Positions 7,539 to 16,716 of a stretch of DNA of 64,000 nt are shown here, in pieces. Position 1 is the first letter of the stretch; each line of letters opens with the position of its first letter. Under the pieces are notes generated by a model that saw only the letters and a program-made list of their open reading frames with translations, ran no database searches and was not told the origin of the DNA. The DNA is taken from positions 17,994 to 81,993 of the forward strand of contig JAZQFJ010000101.1 of the NCBI GenBank assembly GCA_045539475.1. Direction: 5' to 3'. Made by a program: the position numbers and the translations under genes. This DNA is from Eubacteriales bacterium. Its GTDB lineage: Bacteria > Bacillota > Clostridia > Oscillospirales > JAAYXM01.

Positions 7539-8813
7539 ATGAATACAGATATATTGATTGTTGGTTGCGGAGTTGCAGGGCTTTACTGTGCGCTGAATTT
7601 TCCCGAAAACAGAAACATCCTGATTGTGACAAAGAACAAGGCGCGAAGGAGCGACTCGTTCCTTGCACAAGGAGGCATCTGCGTATTAAGAGATGAAGCT
7701 GACTATCGGGCTTTTTTTGAGGATACCATGAAGGCAGGACACTATGAGAATAATCCGGATTCGGTGGATATTATGATTCGGTCATCACAAGGGGTTATTG
7801 AAGACCTTGTATCCTTCGGAGTTCGTTTTGAGAAAGACGGTGAAGCCTTCACTTATACAAAAGAGGGTGCTCATTCAACTCCGAGAATTCTTTTCCACGA
7901 GGATGAAACAGGGAAAGAGATCACCTCCCATCTTCTGGAAACAGCCCGTAACAGAAAAAACATTACTCTTATAGAGAACTTTACAATGGTCGACCTTATA
8001 TGCAATGATAATACATGTTATGGAATCATTGGCCATGACGAAGCCGGGAACTATCAGGCTATAGGCGCAAACTACACTGTGTTGGCAACCGGGGGAATAG
8101 GCGGTCTGTTTGAACATTCAACAAATTATCGCCACCTGACGGGTGATTCCATTGCTCTTGCAATTAAATATGGTATAAAGTTGCAGAACATTGATTACAT
8201 ACAAATTCATCCTACTACTTTATTTACGAAAAAGGACGGCAGAGAGTTCCTCATTTCAGAGTCGGTAAGGGGAGAGGGTGCGATTCTTTTAAACTCAAAG
8301 GGAGAACGCTTTGTGAATGAATTGCTTCCCCGTGATGCTGTTACAAAAGCTATTTTCGAAGAAATGAAAAAAGAAGGCAGTGAGCATGTGTGGCTGTCAT
8401 TGGCGCCGATTCCTGAAAATGAAATAAAAACACACTTTCCTAACATATATAAGCATTGCCTTGAAGAAGGGTACGATGTAACAAAAGAACCCATTCCGGT
8501 GGTTCCGTCCCAGCATTATTATATGGGTGGGATAGATGTTGACGGATTCAGCAAAACGAGTATGGAGCGGCTGTATGCTGTAGGTGAAACTGCGTGCAAC
8601 GGCGTTCATGGAAAAAATCGTCTGGCAAGCAACTCGCTTCTGGAAAGCCTTGTTTTTGCGAAGCGTGCCGCATCGGATATCAATTTAAACTACAGCAATG
8701 TAAAGAACACAATGGAAATCAGCTTAGATGAAACGGTCTATGAAAATTATGAGGAAAAATATAAGAAAATGATTTTGGAGTCAATAGAAAAGGAGAAAAA
8801 GAACCATGAATAA
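7539..8813 (+). CDS. nadB: L-aspartate oxidase
   Basis: DILIVGCGVAGLYCAL FAD fold, SFLAQGGI, RLASNSLLE. ATG 7539 lies 1 nt after the nadA stop. Confidence 0.9.
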   Translation: MNTDILIVGCGVAGLYCALNFPENRNILIVTKNKARRSDSFLAQGGICVLRDEADYRAFFEDTMKAGHYENNPDSVDIMIRSSQGVIEDLVSFGVRFEKDGEAFTYTKEGAHSTPRILFHEDETGKEITSHLLETARNRKNITLIENFTMVDLICNDNTCYGIIGHDEAGNYQAIGANYTVLATGGIGGLFEHSTNYRHLTGDSIALAIKYGIKLQNIDYIQIHPTTLFTKKDGREFLISESVRGEGAILLNSKGERFVNELLPRDAVTKAIFEEMKKEGSEHVWLSLAPIPENEIKTHFPNIYKHCLEEGYDVTKEPIPVVPSQHYYMGGIDVDGFSKTSMERLYAVGETACNGVHGKNRLASNSLLESLVFAKRAASDINLNYSNVKNTMEISLDETVYENYEEKYKKMILESIEKEKKNHE

Positions 8814-9657
8814 TATTACGATGAAGCTTAATGCCGATGATGCAATTCTTGCGGCACTGAAAGAGGATATAACAAGCGAGGACATTACAACCAATTCTGT
8901 TATGCCTGATTATAGGTTGGGTGAAGTTGAGCTGATCTGTAAAGAAGACGGTGTTATTGCAGGTCTTGATGTGTTTAAGCGGGTGTTTGAGCTTCTGGAT
9001 GATAAGACAGAAGTTTCCTTTAATTGCAAAGACGGTGAATGTGTAAAAAACGGTCAGAAGCTTGGCACAGTTCGCGGAGACATCAGAGTTCTCCTTTCCG
9101 GTGAGCGTACAGCTCTTAATTATTTGCAGAGAATGAGCGGAATTGCAACATATACACGCAAAATCGCGGATCTTCTTAAGGGAACAAAAACAAAACTTCT
9201 CGATACAAGAAAAACCACACCCAATATGCGCGTGTTTGAAAAATATGCGGTAAAAGTAGGCGGCGGATATAATCACAGATTCAATTTGAGTGACGGTATT
9301 CTTCTAAAGGACAATCATATCGGAGCGGCCGGCGGAGTTAAGCAAGCAATCAGGATGGCAAAGGAATATGCTCCTTTTGTGCGTAAAATCGAAGTTGAAG
9401 TAGAAAATCTTGATATGCTCAAGGAGGCGCTCGAAGCGGGTGCGGATATAATTATGCTTGACAATATGAGTGTAGAGGATATGAAAGAAGCAGTTCGGCT
9501 TACTGCAGGGAAGGCAGAAACCGAATGCAGCGGTAATGTAACAAAGGAGAATGTTGCAAGGCTTGTCGATATCGGAGTGGATTATATATCAAGCGGGGCA
9601 ATAACTCATTCAGCACCTATACTTGACCTTTCTCTTAAAAATCTTCATGCCGTTTGA
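8806..9657 (+). CDS. nadC: nicotinate-nucleotide diphosphorylase (carboxylating)
   Basis: ERTALNYLQRMSGIAT, TRKTTPNMR, IMLDNM. Overlaps the nadB stop by 8 nt. Confidence 0.9.
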   Translation: MNNITMKLNADDAILAALKEDITSEDITTNSVMPDYRLGEVELICKEDGVIAGLDVFKRVFELLDDKTEVSFNCKDGECVKNGQKLGTVRGDIRVLLSGERTALNYLQRMSGIATYTRKIADLLKGTKTKLLDTRKTTPNMRVFEKYAVKVGGGYNHRFNLSDGILLKDNHIGAAGGVKQAIRMAKEYAPFVRKIEVEVENLDMLKEALEAGADIIMLDNMSVEDMKEAVRLTAGKAETECSGNVTKENVARLVDIGVDYISSGAITHSAPILDLSLKNLHAV

Positions 9658-9671
9658 TAAGGGGGATATGT

Positions 9672-10184
9672 ATGAAGGCAGAACAGAGAAGAAAAGAAAT
9701 AGTTAATGTAATGTTGTCTGAGAAGAAAGCAATATCAGGAAAAGCTCTTTCGGAGAAATTTGGTGTTTCAAGGCAAATCATAGTACAGGATATTTCTGCT
9801 TTAAAGGCTGCCGGTTACGAAATTATAGCAACTCATAGCGGTTATATTATGCAAACAACACCGCTTTGCGAAAGAGTGTTTAAAGTGTTCCATACCAAGG
9901 AGCAGACAGAGAACGAGCTTAACATCATCGTTGATTTTGGCGGGACCATAGCTGATGTCTTTGTATGGCACAAGGTGTATGGGAAAATGGTTGCTCCGCT
10001 TAATATTGCGTCAAGATACCATATAGCGCAGTTCCTCGAAGGCATCAGAACAGGAAAATCAACTGAACTTATGAATGTCACCGGTGGATATCATTATCAT
10101 ACGGTTCGCGCCGAATCTGTTGAAGTTCTTGACAAGATAGAAAAGGCGCTTAAGACCAGTAATTACATTGTACCTGAGATATGA
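9672..10184 (+). CDS. niaR: NiaR-type (HTH plus 3H domain) transcriptional repressor
   Basis: N-terminal HTH (KALSEKFGVSRQIIVQDISALK) and a C-terminal His-rich 3H-like domain (GGYHYHTV). Last gene of the nad operon. Confidence 0.75.
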   Translation: MKAEQRRKEIVNVMLSEKKAISGKALSEKFGVSRQIIVQDISALKAAGYEIIATHSGYIMQTTPLCERVFKVFHTKEQTENELNIIVDFGGTIADVFVWHKVYGKMVAPLNIASRYHIAQFLEGIRTGKSTELMNVTGGYHYHTVRAESVEVLDKIEKALKTSNYIVPEI

Positions 10185-10200
10185 ACGAAAAAATATCAAG

Positions 10201-10246
10201 AAACGCACTTTGCCCGTTGATGAGTTGGGCAAAGTGCGTTTTTGTT
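10201..10246 (+). terminator. intrinsic terminator after niaR
   Basis: 15-bp stem AAACGCACTTTGCCC/GGGCAAAGTGCGTTT followed by a T-run. Confidence 0.85.
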
Positions 10247-10351
10247 CTTGTGTTTTTTAAAGATTTAACGTTAGTTTAACCTTCCGGTTTTATAATAGTG
10301 CTGAAATCAGGAAAATACTTTGGATTTGATACGGCTGCGGAGGTGATAAAA

Positions 10352-11017
10352 TTGAAATTCAGACATGAATATAAGCATCGGATTAACCTTGCTGATATTT
10401 ACAGTCTCAGGACGAGACTATCGGCGGTTGCAAGGCACGACTCGAACTGTGATGCAGACGGAACATATTTTGTAAAAAGCTTGTACTTTGACAATTATAT
10501 GGACAAAGCACTCAGAGAAAAGGTTGACGGAGTGAACAAGCGAGAAAAGTTTCGCATCAGGTACTACGGAACGGACACATCGTTTATCAGGCTCGAAAAG
10601 AAAAGCAAGATTAACGGATTATGTAATAAAATAAGCTGCCCTATTACCGCTGAAGAATGTCAGAAAATTATTGACGGCGATATTGAATTTATGAAAGATA
10701 GTGAATTTGAGTTGACGCGAGAGTTATACTCAAAAATGAAATATCAACTTCTTCGCCCGAAGTGCATAGTTGCATATACCCGTGAATGTTTTGTATATCC
10801 ACCCGGTAATGTCAGGGTAACTCTTGATATGAATATCTGTGGCAGTAATAATGTAAAGGAATTCTTAAATCCGGATTTACCTTTCTTACAGACTTATCAC
10901 GATGGGGTTTTAGAGGTGAAATGGGATGAATATCTTCCACAGATTATAAGGGACTCAGTTCAGGTTAAATCCAGAAGAAGTGCTGCCTTCTCCAAATATG
11001 CGGCAATAAGAATATAA
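10352..11017 (+). CDS. VTC-domain (polyphosphate-polymerase-like) protein
   Basis: KFRHEYKHRI..YFVKSLYFDN..REKFRIRYYG..IRLEKKSK..LEVKWDE resembles bacterial VTC-domain proteins. TTG 10352 has GGAGGTG 7 nt upstream. The track ORF begins at 10298. Confidence 0.65.
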   Translation: MKFRHEYKHRINLADIYSLRTRLSAVARHDSNCDADGTYFVKSLYFDNYMDKALREKVDGVNKREKFRIRYYGTDTSFIRLEKKSKINGLCNKISCPITAEECQKIIDGDIEFMKDSEFELTRELYSKMKYQLLRPKCIVAYTRECFVYPPGNVRVTLDMNICGSNNVKEFLNPDLPFLQTYHDGVLEVKWDEYLPQIIRDSVQVKSRRSAAFSKYAAIRI

Positions 11018-11046
11018 ATATGCTTAATGGAAGGAAGTAAATAATT

Positions 11047-11718
11047 ATGACTTTTTCAGATGTATTTAAATCAAGTTTTTTATCAAACATCAATTCTTTT
11101 TCAACACTCGATGTGCTTTTGGCACTCGGACTCTCCTTTGTTTTAGGTCTTTTTATCTTTTTAATCTATAAAAAGACCTATCAGGGTGTTATGTATTCAG
11201 ATTCGTTTGGAATATCTTTAATCGCAATGTCGATGATTACAAGTCTTGTAATTATCGCAGTAACATCAAATGTTGTGTTATCACTCGGTATGGTCGGTGC
11301 TCTTTCTATCGTTCGTTTCAGAACAGCAATTAAAGAGCCTATGGACATAGCATTTCTGTTTTGGGCAATTGCAGCAGGTATTGTGCTTGGTGCAGGGCTT
11401 CTTCCGCTTGCAATTATCGGTTCTGTTATCATTGGTATCGTAATCGTTGTTTTCTCAACAAGAAAAATCGGTGACACTCCGTATATTCTTGTTGTAAATT
11501 GCGCAGACGAAGAAACAGAAAATGTGGTAAATACGTTTATTAAGGAAGACGCAAAGAAAAGTGTTCTTAAATCAAAATCAGTAAATAAATTAGGCATTGA
11601 ACTTACTTATGAGGTTCGTATTAAAAATGACAATACAGGCTTCGTAACCAAAGTATCAGCCTGCGAGGGCGTAACCAATGCCGTTCTCGTTTCATATAAC
11701 GGCGAGTATATGTCGTAA
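11047..11718 (+). CDS. multi-pass membrane protein, DUF4956-like
   Basis: About 4 TM helices with a conserved SIVRFRTAIKEPMDIAFLFWAI segment, then a soluble C-terminal domain. Usual neighbour of bacterial VTC-domain genes. Confidence 0.6.
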   Translation: MTFSDVFKSSFLSNINSFSTLDVLLALGLSFVLGLFIFLIYKKTYQGVMYSDSFGISLIAMSMITSLVIIAVTSNVVLSLGMVGALSIVRFRTAIKEPMDIAFLFWAIAAGIVLGAGLLPLAIIGSVIIGIVIVVFSTRKIGDTPYILVVNCADEETENVVNTFIKEDAKKSVLKSKSVNKLGIELTYEVRIKNDNTGFVTKVSACEGVTNAVLVSYNGEYMS

Positions 11719-11723
11719 ATCCT

Positions 11724-13574
11724 ATGATAAGCTCGAAGAAATTTGATATAATCGCCATAGTTCTTACTGCATTGGTTTTAGTAGGCACAGTATGTGCGAT
11801 GTTTCTTCCAAAAGATATGTTAACCGGAAATACTACGGGCGTTTTTAATTACGGCGATTTGCATACCGTAACAATTACCGAGGATGATTACTATACCGAT
11901 TATGCCAAAAGCTCACCTGTTAAAATAAACCTGATGGGTGATTATATTGAAGCTTCAAGCAACAATATAAAAATTGACGGAACTGACGTAACTATACTTG
12001 GCGGCGGTGTGTACGTGTTATCCGGAATGCTTGATGACGGTACTGTAATTGTTGATTCTGAGGATGGAGCCGAAGTGAGACTTATCTTAAACGGAGTCAG
12101 TATTACTTCCTCTGACTTTTCGACGATAAATATACGTCAATCTGCAAAAACGGTAATTTCTCTTGCGGAAGGAACTGAAAATATTTTAACAGATGGAAGT
12201 GTATATAACAAAGAAAAACTTGGAGCAGAAACAGCAGCTGCAATTTCCTCAAAGGATGATCTTGTTATAAACGGAAACGGAAGTCTTTCTGTTAACGCAA
12301 ACTCATCTGACGGCATAAAAGCAAACGATTCTTTAAAAATTACCGGAGGAAGCATAAAAATTACCTCTGTTGATGACGGTATCAATGCCAATGACTATAT
12401 TGCCGCACTTAATACTTCAATGACGATAAATTCAGGCGGAGATGCAATTAAGTGTGAACATACGGAAGAGGAAAAAGGATTTATCGCCTTTGAAGAAAGC
12501 GTATTGTCTGTTACCTCGGGCGGTGACGGTGTTTACGCTTCATCTGCACTCTATATGAATGAAACAAAAGCTGATATTGTTTCCGGTGGCGGAAATGAAA
12601 ATGCAGTTATAAAGCGCGGCGGATTTGGTGGCTTTGGCAGATTTGGAGTAAATAATTCCTCTACAGCCGATGACACACCGAGTACAAAAGCTATCAAAGC
12701 GGGAACAAATATCGTAATAAACGGCGGAAGCTTTAAGCTTGACAGTGCGGAGGATGCAATACATTCCGATAAGGATGTGGCTATTAACAAAGGAACATTT
12801 GAAATCTTATCGGGCGATGATGCTGTTCATGCAGAAATGAATCTTGTCCTTGAACCTGAAACATTAAATATTTCAAAATCTTATGAAGGATTAGAAGGTG
12901 CATACATCACGATTAATGGCGGAGATATGCGCATTGTTTCAAACGATGACGGAATCAATGCCGCAGGTAAAAATTCTAACGGCGGAATGATGATGCCACC
13001 CGGAATGCGCGGAGGAGAAGAAAAAACTGCAGAAGAAGACATTTGGCTTACCGTAAATGACGGACACATATATATTGAAACATCAGGAGACGGCTTTGAC
13101 TCAAACGGCTCCGCAGTTATGAATGGCGGCTTTCTTGAAATATATGGTCCCGAAAACAGCGGCAACGGTTCTATAGATGTTGGGGATGGCGGATATGTTC
13201 TTATTATGAATGGCGGAAGTCTGCTTGCCGCAGGAAGCAGCGGAATGGCGGAACATCCGACAGAAAATTCTCCGCAGCAATCCTTAACCTTCTATCTTGA
13301 TGAAATCAACGAATCAGGAAGCACGATAAGAATAACCGACAGTGCAGGAAATGAAATTATTTCAGGTACTTCAAGTAAACGGTTCAATTGGATATGTATA
13401 AGCACCGAAAGCTTAACCGAAGGCGAAACATATACTCTCTTTATTAACGAAACCGAAACTGCAAGCATAACGGCAAACGGCGGTTTTTCTTCCACGGGGA
13501 CACGAAACGGTGGATTCGGAGGTTTCGGCGGAGAAAGACCTGAAGGTAATTTTGGAAGGAGACAAAAGCAATGA
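11724..13574 (+). CDS. signal-anchored beta-helix protein, Cthe_2159-like carbohydrate-binding family, with RGG/FG-rich inserts
   Basis: N-terminal TM anchor. Repeated rungs such as SSDGIKANDSLKITGGSIKI, GGDAIKCE, GGDGVYASS, AEDAIHSD, SGDDAVHAE, SNDDGINAAG and SGDGFDSNG. Confidence 0.6.
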   Translation: MISSKKFDIIAIVLTALVLVGTVCAMFLPKDMLTGNTTGVFNYGDLHTVTITEDDYYTDYAKSSPVKINLMGDYIEASSNNIKIDGTDVTILGGGVYVLSGMLDDGTVIVDSEDGAEVRLILNGVSITSSDFSTINIRQSAKTVISLAEGTENILTDGSVYNKEKLGAETAAAISSKDDLVINGNGSLSVNANSSDGIKANDSLKITGGSIKITSVDDGINANDYIAALNTSMTINSGGDAIKCEHTEEEKGFIAFEESVLSVTSGGDGVYASSALYMNETKADIVSGGGNENAVIKRGGFGGFGRFGVNNSSTADDTPSTKAIKAGTNIVINGGSFKLDSAEDAIHSDKDVAINKGTFEILSGDDAVHAEMNLVLEPETLNISKSYEGLEGAYITINGGDMRIVSNDDGINAAGKNSNGGMMMPPGMRGGEEKTAEEDIWLTVNDGHIYIETSGDGFDSNGSAVMNGGFLEIYGPENSGNGSIDVGDGGYVLIMNGGSLLAAGSSGMAEHPTENSPQQSLTFYLDEINESGSTIRITDSAGNEIISGTSSKRFNWICISTESLTEGETYTLFINETETASITANGGFSSTGTRNGGFGGFGGERPEGNFGRRQKQ

Positions 13575-13978
13575 TAAAGAAAATTTTGCCGATAATTCTA
13601 TGCTTGATATTAGTATTCGGCATAAGTGCTTCGGCAACAAATACACAAGGTGATACACCTGCGGAAAACAGTCAAGCCACAGAAGAAATACCCAATCGTC
13701 AAGGAAGACCTCAAGGCGGAGGACGAGGTAATATGGGGATGCCTCCCAATATGCCAAGCGGTGAAGCACCGCCTGAATTACCCGAGGGAATGATACCTCC
13801 CGAAATGCCAAACGGAGAGATGCCTCCCGGCATGACAGAGCAGGAACAAGAAGCAGAGGGAAAAGCAGAAAATATAATTCTGACATTTGTTAAGATGTAC
13901 AGTACCCCAATAATTTCGGTTGTATTATTGGCATTTGCTTTTGTATTTGTTATTTTCTACAAGCGAAAAAGTTATTAA
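13571..13978 (+). CDS. small secreted Pro/Met/Gly-rich protein with C-terminal TM anchor
   Basis: Signal peptide MIKKILPIILCLILVFGISASA, repeats of MPP/PPEMP/PPGM, and a C-terminal hydrophobic helix followed by KRKSY. The ATGA start overlaps the upstream stop. Confidence 0.6.
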   Translation: MIKKILPIILCLILVFGISASATNTQGDTPAENSQATEEIPNRQGRPQGGGRGNMGMPPNMPSGEAPPELPEGMIPPEMPNGEMPPGMTEQEQEAEGKAENIILTFVKMYSTPIISVVLLAFAFVFVIFYKRKSY

Positions 13979-14112
13979 AAAACCTTGCGGGGCGGGCATT
14001 AAACTTGTCTGCCCTGACTTTGCTTTATATAACTGTTATCTTGTTTTTTGCAGCTTGAAATGCTATACTATAAGCATGAAAAGCTTTAATAATCGGCAAA
14101 AGAGGTGAAACT

Positions 14113-14784
14113 ATGCGACTTTTGGTTGTTGAAGATGAAAAGCATCTTAATAAGACATTAACAGAAAGACTGACAAAAATCGGCTATACTGTTGATAATT
14201 GCTTTGACGGCGAGGATGCTTTATATTATATAGAAAACACACGGTATGACGGAATTATACTTGATATTATGATGCCAAAAATAAACGGTTTTGAAGTTCT
14301 TCGCATTATGCGTGAGAAGAAAATTCTAGCTCCTGTTTTAATGCTTACGGCAAAAGATTCGGATGAAGATATAATAAACGGACTTGACCTTGGGGCAAAT
14401 GACTATCTAACCAAACCCTTCTCTTTCGATGTTCTTTGTGCAAGGTTAAGAGCAATGCTGCGTCTGAAAGAAAATGTTACGGGTGCGATACTTGAAGTTG
14501 CAGATTTGAGCGTCGATACTGTGGCAAGAGTCGTAAAGCGTGGAGATACGGTAATCGAGCTTTCGTCAAAGGAATACTCAGTTTTAGAATATCTTATGCG
14601 CAACAAAGGCATTATCGTTTCAAAGGAAAAGATTGAAGAAAATATCCGGAACTATGAATATGAAGGCTCAAGCGATGTTATAAAAGTGTATATTCACCAC
14701 CTTCGCAAAAAGATTGATGATAACTACGAGAAAAAACTCCTTCACACCGTCAAAAACGTGGGGTATGTGATAAAGGAAGATTGA
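14113..14784 (+). CDS. OmpR-family response regulator
   Basis: MRLLVVEDE..DGIILDIMMPK receiver domain and a winged-helix C-terminus (LSSKEYSVLEYLMRN ... TVKNVGYV). Confidence 0.9.
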   Translation: MRLLVVEDEKHLNKTLTERLTKIGYTVDNCFDGEDALYYIENTRYDGIILDIMMPKINGFEVLRIMREKKILAPVLMLTAKDSDEDIINGLDLGANDYLTKPFSFDVLCARLRAMLRLKENVTGAILEVADLSVDTVARVVKRGDTVIELSSKEYSVLEYLMRNKGIIVSKEKIEENIRNYEYEGSSDVIKVYIHHLRKKIDDNYEKKLLHTVKNVGYVIKED

Positions 14785-14785
14785 G

Positions 14786-16135
14786 ATGAAAAAGCCTGTT
14801 TCTATAAAAACAAGAATAACACTGTGGTACACATCACTTATGTTTGTACTTGTATTAGTTGTGCTTTTTTTGATCGGTGGTCTTTCTTATCAGCTTTCAA
14901 TAGATAGTGTGGAAAAAGATGTTATTCTTCAGGTAACTCAGGTAAAAGAAAAATTATCTAAAAGACAGCCGGGTGTGTTTGAAATAGTTGAAAGCAAAGA
15001 AGAATTTAAAAATGTGTCTATATATGAACCAAATGGTAAATATATCGTAGGACAGTATAATTATGATATTGTAAATATTCCGTTTGAAGAAGGTGTACCC
15101 CGAAGAGAAAGCATAGACGGAAAAGATTATATCGTCTATGACACACGCACTCCGGGACCGCCGGGTATGCGTGGGGGATTTTGGATAAGGGGCGTTGAAT
15201 CGGTTAACTCCACAATGCTTTTGGGACGGTCTGCTATAATCATTATGCTTATTATAATACCGTTAATTTTGTTACTCACAGCACTGGGAGGATATTACAT
15301 TACCAAGAAAGCGTTTAATCCCGTAAACAACATAGTAAAAACTGCAAATGATATTTCTGCTCAAAAAGATATTTCAAAGAGAATTGGAATTGCTCCCGAT
15401 GCAAAAGAAGACGAGCTTCATCATTTGTCGGTCACACTTAATAAAATGCTTGATAAAATTGAAAATCTTATCAAGCAGGAAAAACAGTTTACATCGGATG
15501 CTTCCCACGAGCTGAGAACACCAATAAGCGTTATTCTTGCGCAGGGCGAGTATCTTCTGGATATCGCAAAGGATGAGAAAGAGAGGGAACTTGCACAGGC
15601 GATTGTTGATAAAGCAAATCAGGCGTCGAAGCTGATATCCCGTCTTCTGCTTCTCGCAAGAATAGATCAAAACAGACAGAAATTCAATAAGGAAAAGGTT
15701 GACCTTGGGGTTATTGTTGATGTGGCAATTGAAAGTATGAAAGAATCAGCAGCACAAAAAGGGATTTTTCTTTTCGCAAATGTTGAGGAAGGAACTATTA
15801 CAGAGGCTGATGAAGCTTTGCTGCTCTCTGTAATTACAAACCTTATCAGCAACGGTATTAAGTACGGCAAAGAATCAGGTAGAGTCTTAGTATCTGCTTC
15901 AAAGCTTGGTGACAAAACAGAAATTGTTGTTGCGGATAATGGTGTTGGTATATCTGAAGAACATATTGATAAGATATGGACTCGATTTTATCGTGTGGAT
16001 GATGTCCGCAACGATGAATATGGCAGCAGCGGATTAGGTCTTTCAATGGTGAAAAGTATAATCGAACTTCATGGCGGGACAGTTGCCGTAAAAAGCGAAT
16101 TCGGCAAAGGCACAGAATTCATAATAGTGATTTGA
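14786..16135 (+). CDS. sensor histidine kinase (2 TM, ~115-aa extracytoplasmic loop, HAMP, HisKA, HATPase)
   Basis: H-box SDASHELRTPI, plus N, G1 and G2 boxes (NLISNGIKYG, DNGVGI, GSSGLGL). Starts 1 nt after the response regulator stop. Confidence 0.9.
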   Translation: MKKPVSIKTRITLWYTSLMFVLVLVVLFLIGGLSYQLSIDSVEKDVILQVTQVKEKLSKRQPGVFEIVESKEEFKNVSIYEPNGKYIVGQYNYDIVNIPFEEGVPRRESIDGKDYIVYDTRTPGPPGMRGGFWIRGVESVNSTMLLGRSAIIIMLIIIPLILLLTALGGYYITKKAFNPVNNIVKTANDISAQKDISKRIGIAPDAKEDELHHLSVTLNKMLDKIENLIKQEKQFTSDASHELRTPISVILAQGEYLLDIAKDEKERELAQAIVDKANQASKLISRLLLLARIDQNRQKFNKEKVDLGVIVDVAIESMKESAAQKGIFLFANVEEGTITEADEALLLSVITNLISNGIKYGKESGRVLVSASKLGDKTEIVVADNGVGISEEHIDKIWTRFYRVDDVRNDEYGSSGLGLSMVKSIIELHGGTVAVKSEFGKGTEFIIVI

Positions 16136-16372
16136 GATAAAAAACAGGCGTAACGGAAAAGCCGGTACGCTTGTTTCTTAGAAAATATGTACTATCCGGT
16201 ATATGAATTATTGATTTACGGTTTCTTTTTCTGCATCGGCAAGAATTCTCTTTCTGTCGCGGTTTGCGCTGCGGAGAACGAACTGCATTGTAACCGTTAC
16301 CAAAAGCATAAATACAATGTAGAAATATGGGAATTACGAATAAATGTTAATAAAAATTAAAAATAAAAATGC

Positions 16373-16424
16373 TTGACAAATCTTTCCGTTGAGTGTATTA
16401 TATATATGGTTAGCGGATGCTAAC
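16373..16424 (+). promoter_or_regulatory. feoA promoter plus perfect palindrome GTTAGC-N4-GCTAAC
   Basis: TTGACA at 16373-16378, 17-nt spacer, TATTAT at 16396-16401. The palindrome at 16409-16424 lies at about +1. Confidence 0.55.
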
Positions 16425-16456
16425 TTGCAAGAATAATACTTTTAGGTGATTGAAAA

Positions 16457-16675
16457 ATGAACTTGATGGCGGCACTGGAAGGTAAGGAATACATAGTTTC
16501 CAATATAAAAACAGACGATGAAGAGCTTAATTCTTTTCTCTTCTCTCTCGGTTGCTACAGCGGAGAACCGATAACGGTTATTTCAAGAAAAAAGAGTAGC
16601 TGTGTTGTCTCGATTAAAGACGGCAGATATAATATTGATAATCAGCTTGCCGAGGCGATAGAAATTGAAGGATAG
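16457..16675 (+). CDS. feoA: FeoA-family protein
   Basis: 72-aa SH3-like FeoA pattern (YIVSNIKTDDEELNSFLFSLGCYSGEPITVIS) directly upstream of feoB. Confidence 0.8.
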   Translation: MNLMAALEGKEYIVSNIKTDDEELNSFLFSLGCYSGEPITVISRKKSSCVVSIKDGRYNIDNQLAEAIEIEG

Positions 16676-16681
16676 AGAAAC

Positions 16682-16706
16682 GGCCGGACCGTTCCGGCTT
16701 TTCTTT
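16682..16706 (+). terminator. hairpin plus T-run between feoA and feoB
   Basis: GCCGGA-ccgt-TCCGGC followed by TTTTCTTT. Confidence 0.55.
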
Positions 16707-16716
16707 AAACAGGTGA

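Noticed and set aside
16208-16309. 33-aa minus-strand ORF (MLLVTVTMQFVLRSANRDRKRILADAEKETVNQ) in the HK-feoA intergenic region
   Set aside because: There is no Shine-Dalgarno sequence, no recognisable family and no promoter, so it is probably non-coding.
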